From a bacterium (lineage in GTDB: Bacteria; Patescibacteriota; Minisyncoccia; Moranbacterales; GWC2-37-73): a stretch of DNA of 64,000 nt. Positions 48,104 through 57,892 of the stretch are shown piece after piece. Position numbers and translations under genes: made by a program. The notes beneath the pieces were generated by a model. It ran no database searches and was not told the DNA's origin. It saw only the letters and a list, made by a program, of their open reading frames with translations. The first letter of the stretch is position 1. The number at the start of each line of letters is the position of its first letter. Where the stretch lies: contig JBAXDL010000001.1 of NCBI GenBank assembly GCA_037140955.1, positions 15,129 to 79,128 on the forward strand, written 5' to 3'.

Positions 48104-48289
48104 TAAGTAGCTTTATTCAATTGCTCTACCATTACTATTTTTTGCAAGATTGTTTTCTCTTGAGGCCACCCGCAGCTCCGCCAGCTGGCGGAAGCGAGGA
48201 TGAGTAAGCAGTCATAGTTTCCAACTGCAAAGCGTGCCTCAAGAGAAAATAATTGAGATAAAAAAACTTAAACCATAAATAAATTTCAT

Positions 48290-51200
48290 ATGGACATCAA
48301 TAAACAAGGCAGCGCCAAGAGCACTGACTCATCATATTTGGACAAATTAGAATTCACTCCCGAGTTACGAAAAACTTGGCTGAATTTTTTTGTTTCAAAT
48401 TTCAGAGTTGTTATTCTTTTAATAATCTTGATTTCTGGCTGGGGCATGTATGCATTTTTTCAATTGCCGAGAGAATCAAATCCTGAAGTTAAGATTGCAA
48501 CAGCCGTGATAACCGCAGCCTATCCCGGGGTCTCCCCTGCTGATATTGAAGAGCTGGTGACAAAAAAAATCGAGACTGACATTTCAGGCGTTAGTGGTAT
48601 CAAGAAAATAACTTCAACATCTGCTAATTCATTTTCGAGCGTTGTTGTTGAGTTTGATGCTAATCAAAATGTTGATGACAGTGTCAGAAAACTGAGAGAC
48701 AAATTGGCAACCATCAGAAATGACATTCCCGCTGATGCCAAAGATCCACAAGTAAAAGAAATTTCATTGGATGACACACCGATCGTAACCTTTGCATTAA
48801 CTGGGCCATATGATGGATTCACACTGCGAACTTATGGTGAAAAAATTCAAGATGAATTGGAAAAAATTCCAGGAGTCAGAGAGGTTAATATTTCAGGAGG
48901 ATCACAAAGCGAATTTGAAGTTGCATATGACCCGCAAAAACTTGCGCTATATTCAATTACAGCAGAGCAAGCAAATCAGGCAATTGCAAACACAAATCGT
49001 GCCATTCCTGCTGGAAATTTTGAAGGCAAAGAATTTAATTATCCCGTTCGAACTGATTCAAGATTTTATAGCGCAAAAACGCTTGGCGAAGTGGCCATCT
49101 TGCATTCTGCTAACAATTCAATTGTATATTTGAAAGACATTGCAAATGTTCAGGAAAAAGCTATTGAAAAAACAATTTATTCTCGTTTTTCAGACAATGG
49201 AAAGGAGCCGCAGGAAGCGCTGACATTGCAAGTTGTCAAAAGAACTGGCGGAAGCATCATCAATACTGTTGATTCTTCAAGGGCAAAAATAGATGAACTG
49301 CTAAAAACATTCCCTGCTGGAATGTCATATTCAGACACTGTCAATCAAGCTGATCGCATTCGCAAAGATTTCAATCAACTCACTCATGATTTTCTTTTCA
49401 CCTTGATCTTGGTAGTTGGAATTTTGTTTTTGATTGTGGGACTAAAAGAGGCATTCGTGGCTGGCATCGCAATTCCCTTGGTTTTCTTTGTGACTTTTGG
49501 CGTGATGCAAGCTACTGGGACATCACTAAACTTTCTCTCAATCTTCGCTCTTCTTCTTTCTTTGGGTCTTTTGGTTGATGATGCAATTGTGGTTGTTTCT
49601 GCAACAAAGCAATACATGAAAACTGGAAAATACACTCCAGAAGAAGCAGTTTTGCTTGTCTTGAATGATTTTAAGATTGTGCTTGTCTCAACTACTCTGG
49701 CCACTGTTTGGGCATTCTTGCCACTGCTAATGGCTTCTGGAATTATTGGACAATTCATCAGATCGATTCCCATTACCGTTTCTGTGACCTTAATTGCATC
49801 ACTACTCATTGCATTGATGATCAATCACCCACTGGCTGCAGTACTTGAAAGAATCAGGCTTACCAAAAAATTCTTTTTGCTAATTTTAATCTCCACCCTG
49901 ACAGTAGGATTAATCTTTGTAATGCAACATTCATTTTTTGGATACACGCTTGCCACCGTTTCATTTGCAATCATTGCCTGGATGATTTCTTGGTACTACA
50001 ACAAAGGAAAATCAATCCTGGAAAATAATCTGGTTCTTTCTGAAAAAGAATGGGACAATGACGAGCTCATCAAACAAAAATTACGCTCACAAGGAGACCG
50101 TGAAAATGCTAGTTTTGCCAGCAAGCTTATTCATGGAATCATTCATTTTGATTTGGTACTGCCAACCTATGAAAAATATTTGCGCTTGGCAACTTCAACA
50201 AAAAAACGAAGATTGATCACATTGTTTTCTACTTTGGCGCTCTTTGTTTTTGCAGTTTCATTGCCGATAACAGGAGTTGTGAAATCTGAATTTTTTCCAC
50301 CATCAGATGGCGATGTTCTTTATGTGAACATCGTTGCACCAGTCGGATTAAACCTGGATCAAACCGACAAAATTGCAATGGAGATAGAAAAAAGATTATT
50401 AAAAGCAGAAAATATTGTTAATTTTTCAACCATCGTTGGAAATGGTGGATCAAATGGTGGAATCAGTGGTGGCAGCAGCAACAAATCAAACACAGCATCA
50501 ATTACAATAAAATTAACTGACCAAGAAAGCAGAACGATTAAAGCCTATGATATTGCTGAAAAAATAAGATCATCACTTGCTGACATTCAAAATGCAACAA
50601 TCACAGTTTCTGCGCCAAGAGGTGGACCACCATCTGGCAGTGCTTTTCAAGCTCAAATTAGTGGAGAAAATTTGCAAACACTTGATAAAATCGCCCGTGA
50701 ACTGGAACCTATTGTGGATTCTATTCCCGGAACAATTAATTCAAGCACTTCACTCAAAAATGCTCCGGCTGAATATACATTCTCATTAGACATGGCAAAA
50801 ATGGAGCTATACGATTTGAACTCTGCCATCGTTGGAGCAACACTTCGAAATGCAATCTCTGGAACAACCGTGACAACAGTGCTTCGTGACAACAAAAACA
50901 TAGACGTTATTGCCAAATTTGGAAAAGACAACATCCAAACACTATCCTCAATTCAAAATTTGCAAATACTTAACAACAAAAAACTTCCGGTTTTTGTTAA
51001 GGATGTTGCAACCATTCAACTCACCCCTTCAGTTGATTCAATTTCTAGAATTGATCAAAAAAGAACCATTCTTTTGACTGCTGATGTGAGCGGCACAACT
51101 AATGCCACACAAGTCGTCAAGGAATTTCAAGACAAAATTGCCAAAGACTACAAGCTTCCTGAAGGATATGTGATTAGTTATGGCGGAGAAAATCAGCAAA

Positions 51201-51700
51201 ACAATGAATCAGTGCTTTCAATCATTCGTGCCATGGCAATTGCCGGCTTGTTAATAATTTCAACACTAGTAATTCAATTCAATTCATTCAAAAAAGCCAT
51301 CATAGTGCTCGTTACCCTTCCATTAGCACTGATTGGCGTCTTTGTTGGAATGGCACTACTGGGCGTGACTCTGAGCTTCCCAGGACTCATTGGAATCTTG
51401 GCGCTCTTTGGAATTGTAGTGAAAAATGCCATCATCTTGATCGACAAAATAAACCTCAACATTAAAACTGGAATTCCCTTTGAAGAATCAATCATTGATG
51501 CAGGAAAATCCAGACTTGAAGCAATCTTCATCACTTCAATTGTGACTATTGCCGGCATCATTCCAATCACACTTTCCAATGCAACTTGGACAGCCCTTGG
51601 AAGCGCAGTAATCTTCGGCCTTTCCATCTCATCTTTTTTTACCCTCTTCATTATCCCCACGTTATACATGACTTTTATTGATGAGAAGGAAAGATTCTAA
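48290..51700 (+). CDS. efflux RND transporter permease subunit (AcrB/HAE1-like)
   Basis: 1136 aa, 12 TM helices with two large periplasmic loops, typical N-terminal FFVSNFRVVILLIIL TM1. Confidence 0.85.
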   Translation: MDINKQGSAKSTDSSYLDKLEFTPELRKTWLNFFVSNFRVVILLIILISGWGMYAFFQLPRESNPEVKIATAVITAAYPGVSPADIEELVTKKIETDISGVSGIKKITSTSANSFSSVVVEFDANQNVDDSVRKLRDKLATIRNDIPADAKDPQVKEISLDDTPIVTFALTGPYDGFTLRTYGEKIQDELEKIPGVREVNISGGSQSEFEVAYDPQKLALYSITAEQANQAIANTNRAIPAGNFEGKEFNYPVRTDSRFYSAKTLGEVAILHSANNSIVYLKDIANVQEKAIEKTIYSRFSDNGKEPQEALTLQVVKRTGGSIINTVDSSRAKIDELLKTFPAGMSYSDTVNQADRIRKDFNQLTHDFLFTLILVVGILFLIVGLKEAFVAGIAIPLVFFVTFGVMQATGTSLNFLSIFALLLSLGLLVDDAIVVVSATKQYMKTGKYTPEEAVLLVLNDFKIVLVSTTLATVWAFLPLLMASGIIGQFIRSIPITVSVTLIASLLIALMINHPLAAVLERIRLTKKFFLLILISTLTVGLIFVMQHSFFGYTLATVSFAIIAWMISWYYNKGKSILENNLVLSEKEWDNDELIKQKLRSQGDRENASFASKLIHGIIHFDLVLPTYEKYLRLATSTKKRRLITLFSTLALFVFAVSLPITGVVKSEFFPPSDGDVLYVNIVAPVGLNLDQTDKIAMEIEKRLLKAENIVNFSTIVGNGGSNGGISGGSSNKSNTASITIKLTDQESRTIKAYDIAEKIRSSLADIQNATITVSAPRGGPPSGSAFQAQISGENLQTLDKIARELEPIVDSIPGTINSSTSLKNAPAEYTFSLDMAKMELYDLNSAIVGATLRNAISGTTVTTVLRDNKNIDVIAKFGKDNIQTLSSIQNLQILNNKKLPVFVKDVATIQLTPSVDSISRIDQKRTILLTADVSGTTNATQVVKEFQDKIAKDYKLPEGYVISYGGENQQNNESVLSIIRAMAIAGLLIISTLVIQFNSFKKAIIVLVTLPLALIGVFVGMALLGVTLSFPGLIGILALFGIVVKNAIILIDKINLNIKTGIPFEESIIDAGKSRLEAIFITSIVTIAGIIPITLSNATWTALGSAVIFGLSISSFFTLFIIPTLYMTFIDEKERF

Positions 51701-51756
51701 AAAAATAAACTCACATTGTCATTCCAGCGTATGCGGGAATCCAGATCATGATTAAA

Positions 51757-51787
51757 ACAAAAAATAAAAAGCTTGGAAAAATAATCC
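51757..51787 (+). terminator. rho-independent terminator after RND permease
   Basis: AAGCTTGG-aaaaataat-CCAAGCTT followed by TTTTTTATTTT. Confidence 0.55.
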
Positions 51788-51855
51788 AAGCTTTTTTATT
51801 TTCTAATCTTATGGAATTCCGTAAGATTAGAATTTTTCTGAATTTTTATCATGAA

Positions 51856-52743
51856 TCACGAAAGTAATTTTTGAATATCCTCCTGACTGAATTCCTTTCT
51901 ATAATCAATCAGTTTCGGATGCTTAATTTTTCTGAGCTCCTCATCGTATGTTGCCATTATGTTTCTCGCTCTTTTCTGATAGACTAGCCAATTTCTTTGT
52001 GATGAAAACTCATTGAAAATCTTTTCAAATTCTTTTTGTGTGAGCAACCTGCCCAATTTTTCAAATTTCTTTTCAACTTCGCCTGCCAATCCAGTTTCAA
52101 AAGCACCAACAATTAAAATTATTTCTTCATACATTGAATTTCTTGTCAAATCTTTTTTGACAAGATTCAAAAGTTTTCGATATTCCTTGGTTCGTTCCAA
52201 AAACAAGAAATTATACAGCATGTCAGTATATGTTCCATAATTTTTTGCCACCACAAAATCATTAATGCAATCAGTAAAATCTTTTCTGTATTCTTTTGTT
52301 TCTTCTCTCGTTTCGAAAAACTGACTGGTCAATTGGTTGATAAATTTTGGATCCATGGTGGCAATTCGCATCACCTTTTTGAAATCACCCTCCACTCGAA
52401 TAAAATATTTTCTCACCATTTTTCCCTTTTCATTGTTCTCAAGCATCGCCAATTCTTTCGCCATGTCAATTGAAATAATATAGTCTTTTGGCACAACTCT
52501 ACCAGTTTTTGGGTCTTTAGCTTTTGCTTTATTTGAGCCATATTCTCCATTGCCAAATTTGGCAATGGATATAAAATAATCCAAATCTTCAACAAACTCA
52601 TACTTTTCAATTCTATCCTTTATCCAGTTAGCGAAGAATTTTCCAACTCCCAACCACCTATGCAATTCCCTGGCGTTCACAAATCGCTTCTTTTCACCAT
52701 CAAAATCCTTTTGAATCACTTTTATGTTTATCAATTCATTCAT
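51856..52743 (-). CDS. phage antirepressor-like protein (AntA/AntB N-terminal domain)
   Basis: N-terminal FVNARELHRWLGVGKFFANWIKDRIEKYEFVEDLDY matches the AntA/AntB antirepressor fold signature; C-terminal about 180 aa unassigned. Confidence 0.55.
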   Translation of the reverse strand: MNELINIKVIQKDFDGEKKRFVNARELHRWLGVGKFFANWIKDRIEKYEFVEDLDYFISIAKFGNGEYGSNKAKAKDPKTGRVVPKDYIISIDMAKELAMLENNEKGKMVRKYFIRVEGDFKKVMRIATMDPKFINQLTSQFFETREETKEYRKDFTDCINDFVVAKNYGTYTDMLYNFLFLERTKEYRKLLNLVKKDLTRNSMYEEIILIVGAFETGLAGEVEKKFEKLGRLLTQKEFEKIFNEFSSQRNWLVYQKRARNIMATYDEELRKIKHPKLIDYRKEFSQEDIQKLLS

Positions 52744-52761
52744 ATTTTTTATTTTAAATTA

Positions 52762-52786
52762 TTATAGTGATATTTTATCACTATAA
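52762..52786 (-). promoter_or_regulatory. 11-bp perfect inverted repeat TTATAGTGATA-ttt-TATCACTATAA upstream of antirepressor gene
   Basis: Operator-like palindrome about 20 nt upstream of the antirepressor start. Confidence 0.4.
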
Positions 52787-52890
52787 TAAAAAGTCGTCAA
52801 ATATGGCTCAAATAAAAGAAAAAGCATACCAATGCTGGCATGCTTTTTCTGCTCGAGTGCTCGAGGACGGTCCTCAAGTTTACTATATTT

Positions 52891-53505
52891 TCACTGAAAA
52901 GAAAGAGTGCCCAGCATATTTTCAATAACTGATTTGCAGTAGGTATTGTCGGCAACTGGTGCAATGTCAATTAGATTACCTAATTTTGGATGAATAATTC
53001 TAAAAGAATATCCTTCACTGTTATCTTGAACATTTACAGCAAAACACTTAACAAATTTACTTTGACCATAGGTTATGTCTGCTAACTTGGTTTTACAAGG
53101 AAAAATGCTGATATCTTTTTGAGCAGACAAAACACTCAAACCAATTGCACAATCCTTTTCCTTGTTTAGTTTTTCAGGTAAAAAATCCTCTTCATTTTTT
53201 TCAATTGGCATAAAGTTTATTCCGTATTTTTCAGAAACCTTCCAATTTTTTGGATATTTTATCGTAAAAGAGTATTTGTCATTTTTGTAGGTATTTTCAA
53301 GAGCAAGTGCAACTGGTTGTTGAACGGTATCTTTTTGCGGTTGAGTTTTTTGGACAGTGTTTGTTTTCGCTGGCTGTGCTTGTTGTGCTGTATTTGGTGT
53401 GGATTGGGATACTTTATTGCTTTGTAAATAAATAGCACCGCCAATTAAGATAGCAACTACCAACAAAATTCCTATTGCAATCTCACTAACAATTTTTTTG
53501 TTCAT
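52891..53505 (-). CDS. exported hypothetical protein (signal anchor, Q/P-rich linker, 4-Cys domain)
   Basis: 204 aa; MNKKIVSEIAIGILLVVAILIGGAIYL anchor. Confidence 0.45.
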   Translation of the reverse strand: MNKKIVSEIAIGILLVVAILIGGAIYLQSNKVSQSTPNTAQQAQPAKTNTVQKTQPQKDTVQQPVALALENTYKNDKYSFTIKYPKNWKVSEKYGINFMPIEKNEEDFLPEKLNKEKDCAIGLSVLSAQKDISIFPCKTKLADITYGQSKFVKCFAVNVQDNSEGYSFRIIHPKLGNLIDIAPVADNTYCKSVIENMLGTLSFQ

Positions 53506-53514
53506 ATTTTTATT

Positions 53515-54117
53515 TCAAATAAAATTAAGCAATAAGTACATTATGCCATATTGGGTTGCTATTAGACCAACCATAAGGAAAAATGATTGCATAGCACTGT
53601 ATTTCAAAACACGAGGAACAAAACCCCATCCTACAATTGCCCCAACAATGAAAACACTTATCCCTAAAGAAAAAATCAATGAAAAATAGAAAGCAAGAAT
53701 TGTTGCTCGCATAATAGCAGAAACCTTGTTTACCTTTGTTGCCAACCAAAGAAATAAGAACAAAAGTAATGTTTCCAGTAAAAAACTTACAGAAAAACTT
53801 GTGATTTGCCTTGAGGCAAGGGGAACTTTTTTGACACACTGATTGAGGTTGTAGGTATAAACTTGCTCCCTTGTTGCTTTCACGCCAGTTAAACTTCCAT
53901 TTTTATCAATAATATCACCTATGCGGAAATACTCATCCGTCTGCTTTTTTGCATCATTGGTGCAGTTCATTGCTGAACTTACCGAGAACACAACAAGCAA
54001 TATAGCAACTGCTAAAATTGAAAAAACAACTGCAAGAATTTTTCTGTTTAATTTTTTTTCCTCATTAAACATTGAACCATCCTCAATAAATTCTATTTTA
54101 GAGTCGTTTTGCTCCAT
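53515..54117 (-). CDS. hypothetical polytopic membrane protein
   Basis: 200 aa; one N-proximal TM, about 70-aa external segment with 2 Cys, then four TM helices. Confidence 0.45.
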   Translation of the reverse strand: MEQNDSKIEFIEDGSMFNEEKKLNRKILAVVFSILAVAILLVVFSVSSAMNCTNDAKKQTDEYFRIGDIIDKNGSLTGVKATREQVYTYNLNQCVKKVPLASRQITSFSVSFLLETLLLFLFLWLATKVNKVSAIMRATILAFYFSLIFSLGISVFIVGAIVGWGFVPRVLKYSAMQSFFLMVGLIATQYGIMYLLLNFI

Positions 54118-54419
54118 TGCTGTTTTTTATTGTGTAATTTATAACTCAATTATACAAGAAAATTGATTCTTACACAAAAACAAAAATTCTCTTGATTGAG
54201 AGGCTTGCTTAATGTGATAATATATTCCCACTTGAGGACAGTCCTCTGGTGAATCTCATCAATAGATACACATAATAGCCAATTTTTTCTTTTGTTAATT
54301 GTGATAAATTATTTTTACTCATAAAATAAAGATGACTTAAAAAATAACTAACTCTACTAAAGCACAGCCCCCCCCCTCAAGTAAATTCACCTTAGAAATA
54401 TAAACAAACAAATAACATG

Positions 54420-55628
54420 CTATAAATATTTTCTCTTACTAATTTCCTTCGGAAAATATTCCTGTCCCTCGCTTCCCTCCACTGGTGTGTATTTATAGCC
54501 TTTGCCGTAGCCCAATTTTTCCATCAATTTTGTGGGGGCATTGCGAATGTGCATGGGAACTGGGAGATTGCCAAATTCTTCCACGTCTTTTTTTGCTTTG
54601 TTATATGCGAAATATGAGGCAACACTTTTTGAGGACTTGGCCATATAGACAACCAATTGCGCCAAATGCACTGAGCATTCGGGATATCCCAACTTGTGAC
54701 AAGCATCAAACACGTTGTTGGCAAGCACCAAAGCAAAATTGTCAGCCAAGCCGATGTCTTCTGAGGCAAAACGCAGCAGCCTGCGTGCAATATATGTTGG
54801 CTGTTCCCCACCTTCGATCATGCGAGCCAACCAATACACACTGGCATCCGCATCTCCACCTCGCATGGATTTATGCAGCGCTGAAATAATATTATAATGT
54901 TCTTCGCCGCCTTTGTCATAATACAGATGAGATTTTTGAATAATTTGCTTCAGCAATTCTCTAGTGATAATTTTGCTTTGATTTGCTGCTGCCTCAAGGG
55001 TGTTGAGTGCCATGCGTGCGTCGCCATTGGCCAGCATCGCAATTTCCTTGATGATTTCAGCTGTCGCCTCAATTTTCTTTAAACCTAATCCATTTTCATT
55101 GTCGCTCAATGCCTTTTGAATAATCTTTTCCAAATCAGCAACCTCAAGTTTGTTTAAAACAAAAACTCGTGAGCGAGAAACAAGAGCAGAATTCACTTCA
55201 AAGCTTGGATTTTCTGTGGTGGCACCAATCAAAATCAAAAGTCCTTGCTCAACATGAGGAAGCAAAGCATCTTGCTGCGATTTGTTCCAGCGATGAATTT
55301 CATCCACAAACAAAATTGTTTTTTTCTTTTGCCATTCATTTTCTTGCGCCTTAGTAATGACCTTTCGCAAATCCTTGATGCCATTTGTCACAGCACTAAT
55401 CTTGATGAAATCGGCATTGGTTTCATTGGCAATAATTGCAGCCAGTGTTGTCTTGCCTGAGCCTGGTGGTCCCCACAAAATCATTGATGGAACCTGGTCA
55501 TCCTTGATGGCTTTGCGCAAAAATGTTTCATCTCCAATCAATTCTTGCTGACCAAAAAAATCATCCAAAGTGATTGGACGCATTTTTTCTGCCAAAGGTG
55601 CATATTGCAATGAGTTTTCTTTTGTCAT
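54420..55628 (-). CDS. rarA: replication-associated recombination protein A (AAA+ ATPase)
   Basis: Walker A GPPGSGKTTLA, Walker B ILFVDEIHR, sensor and MgsA C-terminal domain. Confidence 0.9.
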   Translation of the reverse strand: MTKENSLQYAPLAEKMRPITLDDFFGQQELIGDETFLRKAIKDDQVPSMILWGPPGSGKTTLAAIIANETNADFIKISAVTNGIKDLRKVITKAQENEWQKKKTILFVDEIHRWNKSQQDALLPHVEQGLLILIGATTENPSFEVNSALVSRSRVFVLNKLEVADLEKIIQKALSDNENGLGLKKIEATAEIIKEIAMLANGDARMALNTLEAAANQSKIITRELLKQIIQKSHLYYDKGGEEHYNIISALHKSMRGGDADASVYWLARMIEGGEQPTYIARRLLRFASEDIGLADNFALVLANNVFDACHKLGYPECSVHLAQLVVYMAKSSKSVASYFAYNKAKKDVEEFGNLPVPMHIRNAPTKLMEKLGYGKGYKYTPVEGSEGQEYFPKEISKRKYL

Positions 55629-55634
55629 ATTTTT

Positions 55635-55805
55635 TTACATTGAATTTCCAATCTTGATCGCCACAAAAATTCCCAAAATTCCACCAACTCCGCTAAACAT
55701 TATCGAAGAAAAAGAAAACACTCCATCACCCCAAATCATCGGCACATATGCACCAATCAATGAGAAAATGAAAATACAAAAATAAATAAACCATTTTGGG
55801 ACCAT
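55635..55805 (-). CDS. possible small 2-TM membrane protein (56 aa), not in ORF track
   Basis: ATG...TAA ORF MVPKWFIYFCIFIFSLIGAYVPMIWGDG...GVGGILGIFVAIKIGNSM ending 7 nt before the rarA start; hydrophobic with GxxxG-like motif. Speculative. Confidence 0.25.
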   Translation of the reverse strand: MVPKWFIYFCIFIFSLIGAYVPMIWGDGVFSFSSIMFSGVGGILGIFVAIKIGNSM

Positions 55806-55831
55806 ATTATTTTCTTCTTTTTAAAAAATAT

Positions 55832-56581
55832 TTAAACTTTTTTGGCAAACCGAATGTCCTTGAATTTTTTTGTGAAAGGTTTTTTGAAAATTATCACCCA
55901 AAAATGATTAATCACATAGCGAAACCCTGTCATTATTATTCCCTCATCCTGAAAACGTCGACTGGAAGTGTGCATCTTCAAGCTAAACATGAATTTCACC
56001 AAACCAACTTTTGAAATTCTTCTGGCAATATCAGTGTCTTCTCCATAAAAATCAATTGACGTGTCATAACCATTAATCTTTTGGAGCGCGCTTCTTCTCA
56101 GGATAAAATTTCCTCCTTGTAGCATTGCACCTATCTTAAAAAAATGATGATTGATAATATGCCCGACAAATCCAATTGCATAATACACATGAATGAAAAA
56201 ATTTGTTAACTTTGGCATCTCGGGATATAGATATGGGCCACTAAGTGCAACAAGATTTGGATTTTTTTCAAATTCAACAAAAACTTTTTCAATCCAACCC
56301 TCCGGGATTTCACTGTCAGAATCAACATTAGCAATGATCTCACCAGTCGAAGCCAGATATCCACTATTTCGAGCCTGCGAAAGACCCTTTTTTGATTCAT
56401 ATACCAATTTAACATCAACAAAAGATTTCACAACTTCACTTGTTTTGTCAGTGCTAGCATTATCAACCACCACAACTTCCACATCACGTTTTATCTTTTT
56501 CAATTCAGCAAAAACTGACTCAAGACACTTTCCAATGTATTTTTCTTCATTATATGCCGGAATGACAATACTAAGCTTCAT
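55832..56581 (-). CDS. glycosyltransferase family 2
   Basis: MKLSIVIPAYNEEKYIGKCL, DxD-type VDNASTD/DSD motifs; start placed at ATG 56581 (track ORF extends to 56770 through an unlikely N-terminal extension). Confidence 0.8.
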   Translation of the reverse strand: MKLSIVIPAYNEEKYIGKCLESVFAELKKIKRDVEVVVVDNASTDKTSEVVKSFVDVKLVYESKKGLSQARNSGYLASTGEIIANVDSDSEIPEGWIEKVFVEFEKNPNLVALSGPYLYPEMPKLTNFFIHVYYAIGFVGHIINHHFFKIGAMLQGGNFILRRSALQKINGYDTSIDFYGEDTDIARRISKVGLVKFMFSLKMHTSSRRFQDEGIIMTGFRYVINHFWVIIFKKPFTKKFKDIRFAKKV

Positions 56582-56693
56582 AGGTTTATAATTTAAAATT
56601 ATTTTTATATAGAACTTTATGCAAAATTGCGAGGGATAATACTTTAATACAAAAACAATCAATACTATAATTGTGAGACAATTACACGAACTT

Positions 56694-57887
56694 TTAATTT
56701 CTTTTTGAAAATTTTTCAAAAATATCCTGCCATTTTTCGGCAATATTACTGGCTGAAAAATCTTGCACATATCTTGAGCCTTCGCATCCCATATTGCTTG
56801 CCAACTCTCGATTTTGCAATAATACCTCTATTTTATCAGCTAAAGCAAGCGCTTCTCCAATTGGCACGACAAAGCCTTTTTTTTCATCGCGTCCAAGATA
56901 ATTTGGCAGAGCCCAAGCATCAGCAGCAACGGATGGGATGCCCACTGACATGGCCTTCATCATACTAATACACTGTGTTTCAGCCACACTCATTACTGCA
57001 AAAACATCAGCTGCTTGATACAGCTCAACATGCGCTTTGTCATCAACTCTTCCAAAAAATTTTACAGAATTTTTAATTTTAAGTTTTTTTGCCAATTTTT
57101 TCAGATCATCTTGTGCGCTGCCTATTCCTGTTATCACGAGCATGGCATCAGGAATATTTTCAACAACCTTTTCCATTGCGGCGATGATCACATCAACTTG
57201 CTTCTCCTTGGCGAGCCTACCAGTATACAAAACAACATTATCACCAAGCAAATACCTAGCTTTTAATTCTTTTTTCTGTTCCAATGTTGGCACTGAAAAA
57301 TTTTGCAAATCAATAGGATTTGAAATCTCAGCTGAATCCCTATCAAATCCGTAGTCTTTCATTTCTTTTAATATTTTTTCATAGGGAGCGCTCACAAACT
57401 TGCACCAATTGTAATACCAACAAACAAATTTCAGACCAAGCCAATCAAAAAAAATATTACTAATCGGCAAATAACTGGTAAATTCAACAATAGGCGTGTG
57501 ATTCGTGCCAACAAGAGGAATCCCAAACATCCTAGACATTAGCAATGCTTCAATTCCCATCCCATAGGGAGATTGCGTGTAAACAATATCAAAATTTTCT
57601 TTTTTGTATTTCAATAATCGCAAACCAAACGGCAAAACAATTCGCGATTGACCAGTCGGTGAACCAAAAAATGGCAACGACCAGAAACGATGAAATTTTA
57701 TTTTTTCATTTATTTCCAATTCCTTATTTGGCAAGTTTGCCTTGGCATAATCACTGGCCGAATATGCCGCTGCAAAAAAATGGACCTCATGTCCAAGCTC
57801 AGCAAGATTTTTTGCAAGCAAAACAATAGAATCAGAAATTCCACTTATTTCAGGATAAAAATTGTCAGAAAAAATTGCAATTTTCAT
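56694..57887 (-). CDS. glycosyltransferase family 4 (GT-B, group 1)
   Basis: N-terminal MKIAIFSDNFYPEISGISD and C-terminal E-x7-E region typical of GT4. Confidence 0.8.
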   Translation of the reverse strand: MKIAIFSDNFYPEISGISDSIVLLAKNLAELGHEVHFFAAAYSASDYAKANLPNKELEINEKIKFHRFWSLPFFGSPTGQSRIVLPFGLRLLKYKKENFDIVYTQSPYGMGIEALLMSRMFGIPLVGTNHTPIVEFTSYLPISNIFFDWLGLKFVCWYYNWCKFVSAPYEKILKEMKDYGFDRDSAEISNPIDLQNFSVPTLEQKKELKARYLLGDNVVLYTGRLAKEKQVDVIIAAMEKVVENIPDAMLVITGIGSAQDDLKKLAKKLKIKNSVKFFGRVDDKAHVELYQAADVFAVMSVAETQCISMMKAMSVGIPSVAADAWALPNYLGRDEKKGFVVPIGEALALADKIEVLLQNRELASNMGCEGSRYVQDFSASNIAEKWQDIFEKFSKRN

Positions 57888-57892
57888 GTTTT

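Noticed and set aside
49384-51669. Minus-strand ORFs inside the RND permease gene
   Set aside because: Shadow ORFs of a 1136-aa CDS with a clear AcrB-like TM/periplasmic architecture.
52859-54246. Reading the two GAGGAC-N-GTCCTC copies as terminal inverted repeats of a transposon
   Set aside because: Each copy is itself palindromic, so apparent inverted orientation is automatic. No transposase/integrase is enclosed and no target-site duplication is visible. Kept only as paired palindromic sites (see findings).
54361-54380. C9 homopolymer as a phase-variation switch
   Set aside because: It lies about 250 nt upstream of the nearest start codon and outside any -35/-10 spacer I can identify. 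Slippage there has no obvious expression consequence, so it is mentioned only in passing.
56582-56770. 63-aa N-terminal extension of the GT2 gene overlapping the GT4 gene end
   Set aside because: The GT2 family starts at MKLSIVIPAYNEE. The extension is Cys/Phe/Ile-rich, would overlap the upstream GT4 CDS by 77 nt, and has no TM or signal logic.
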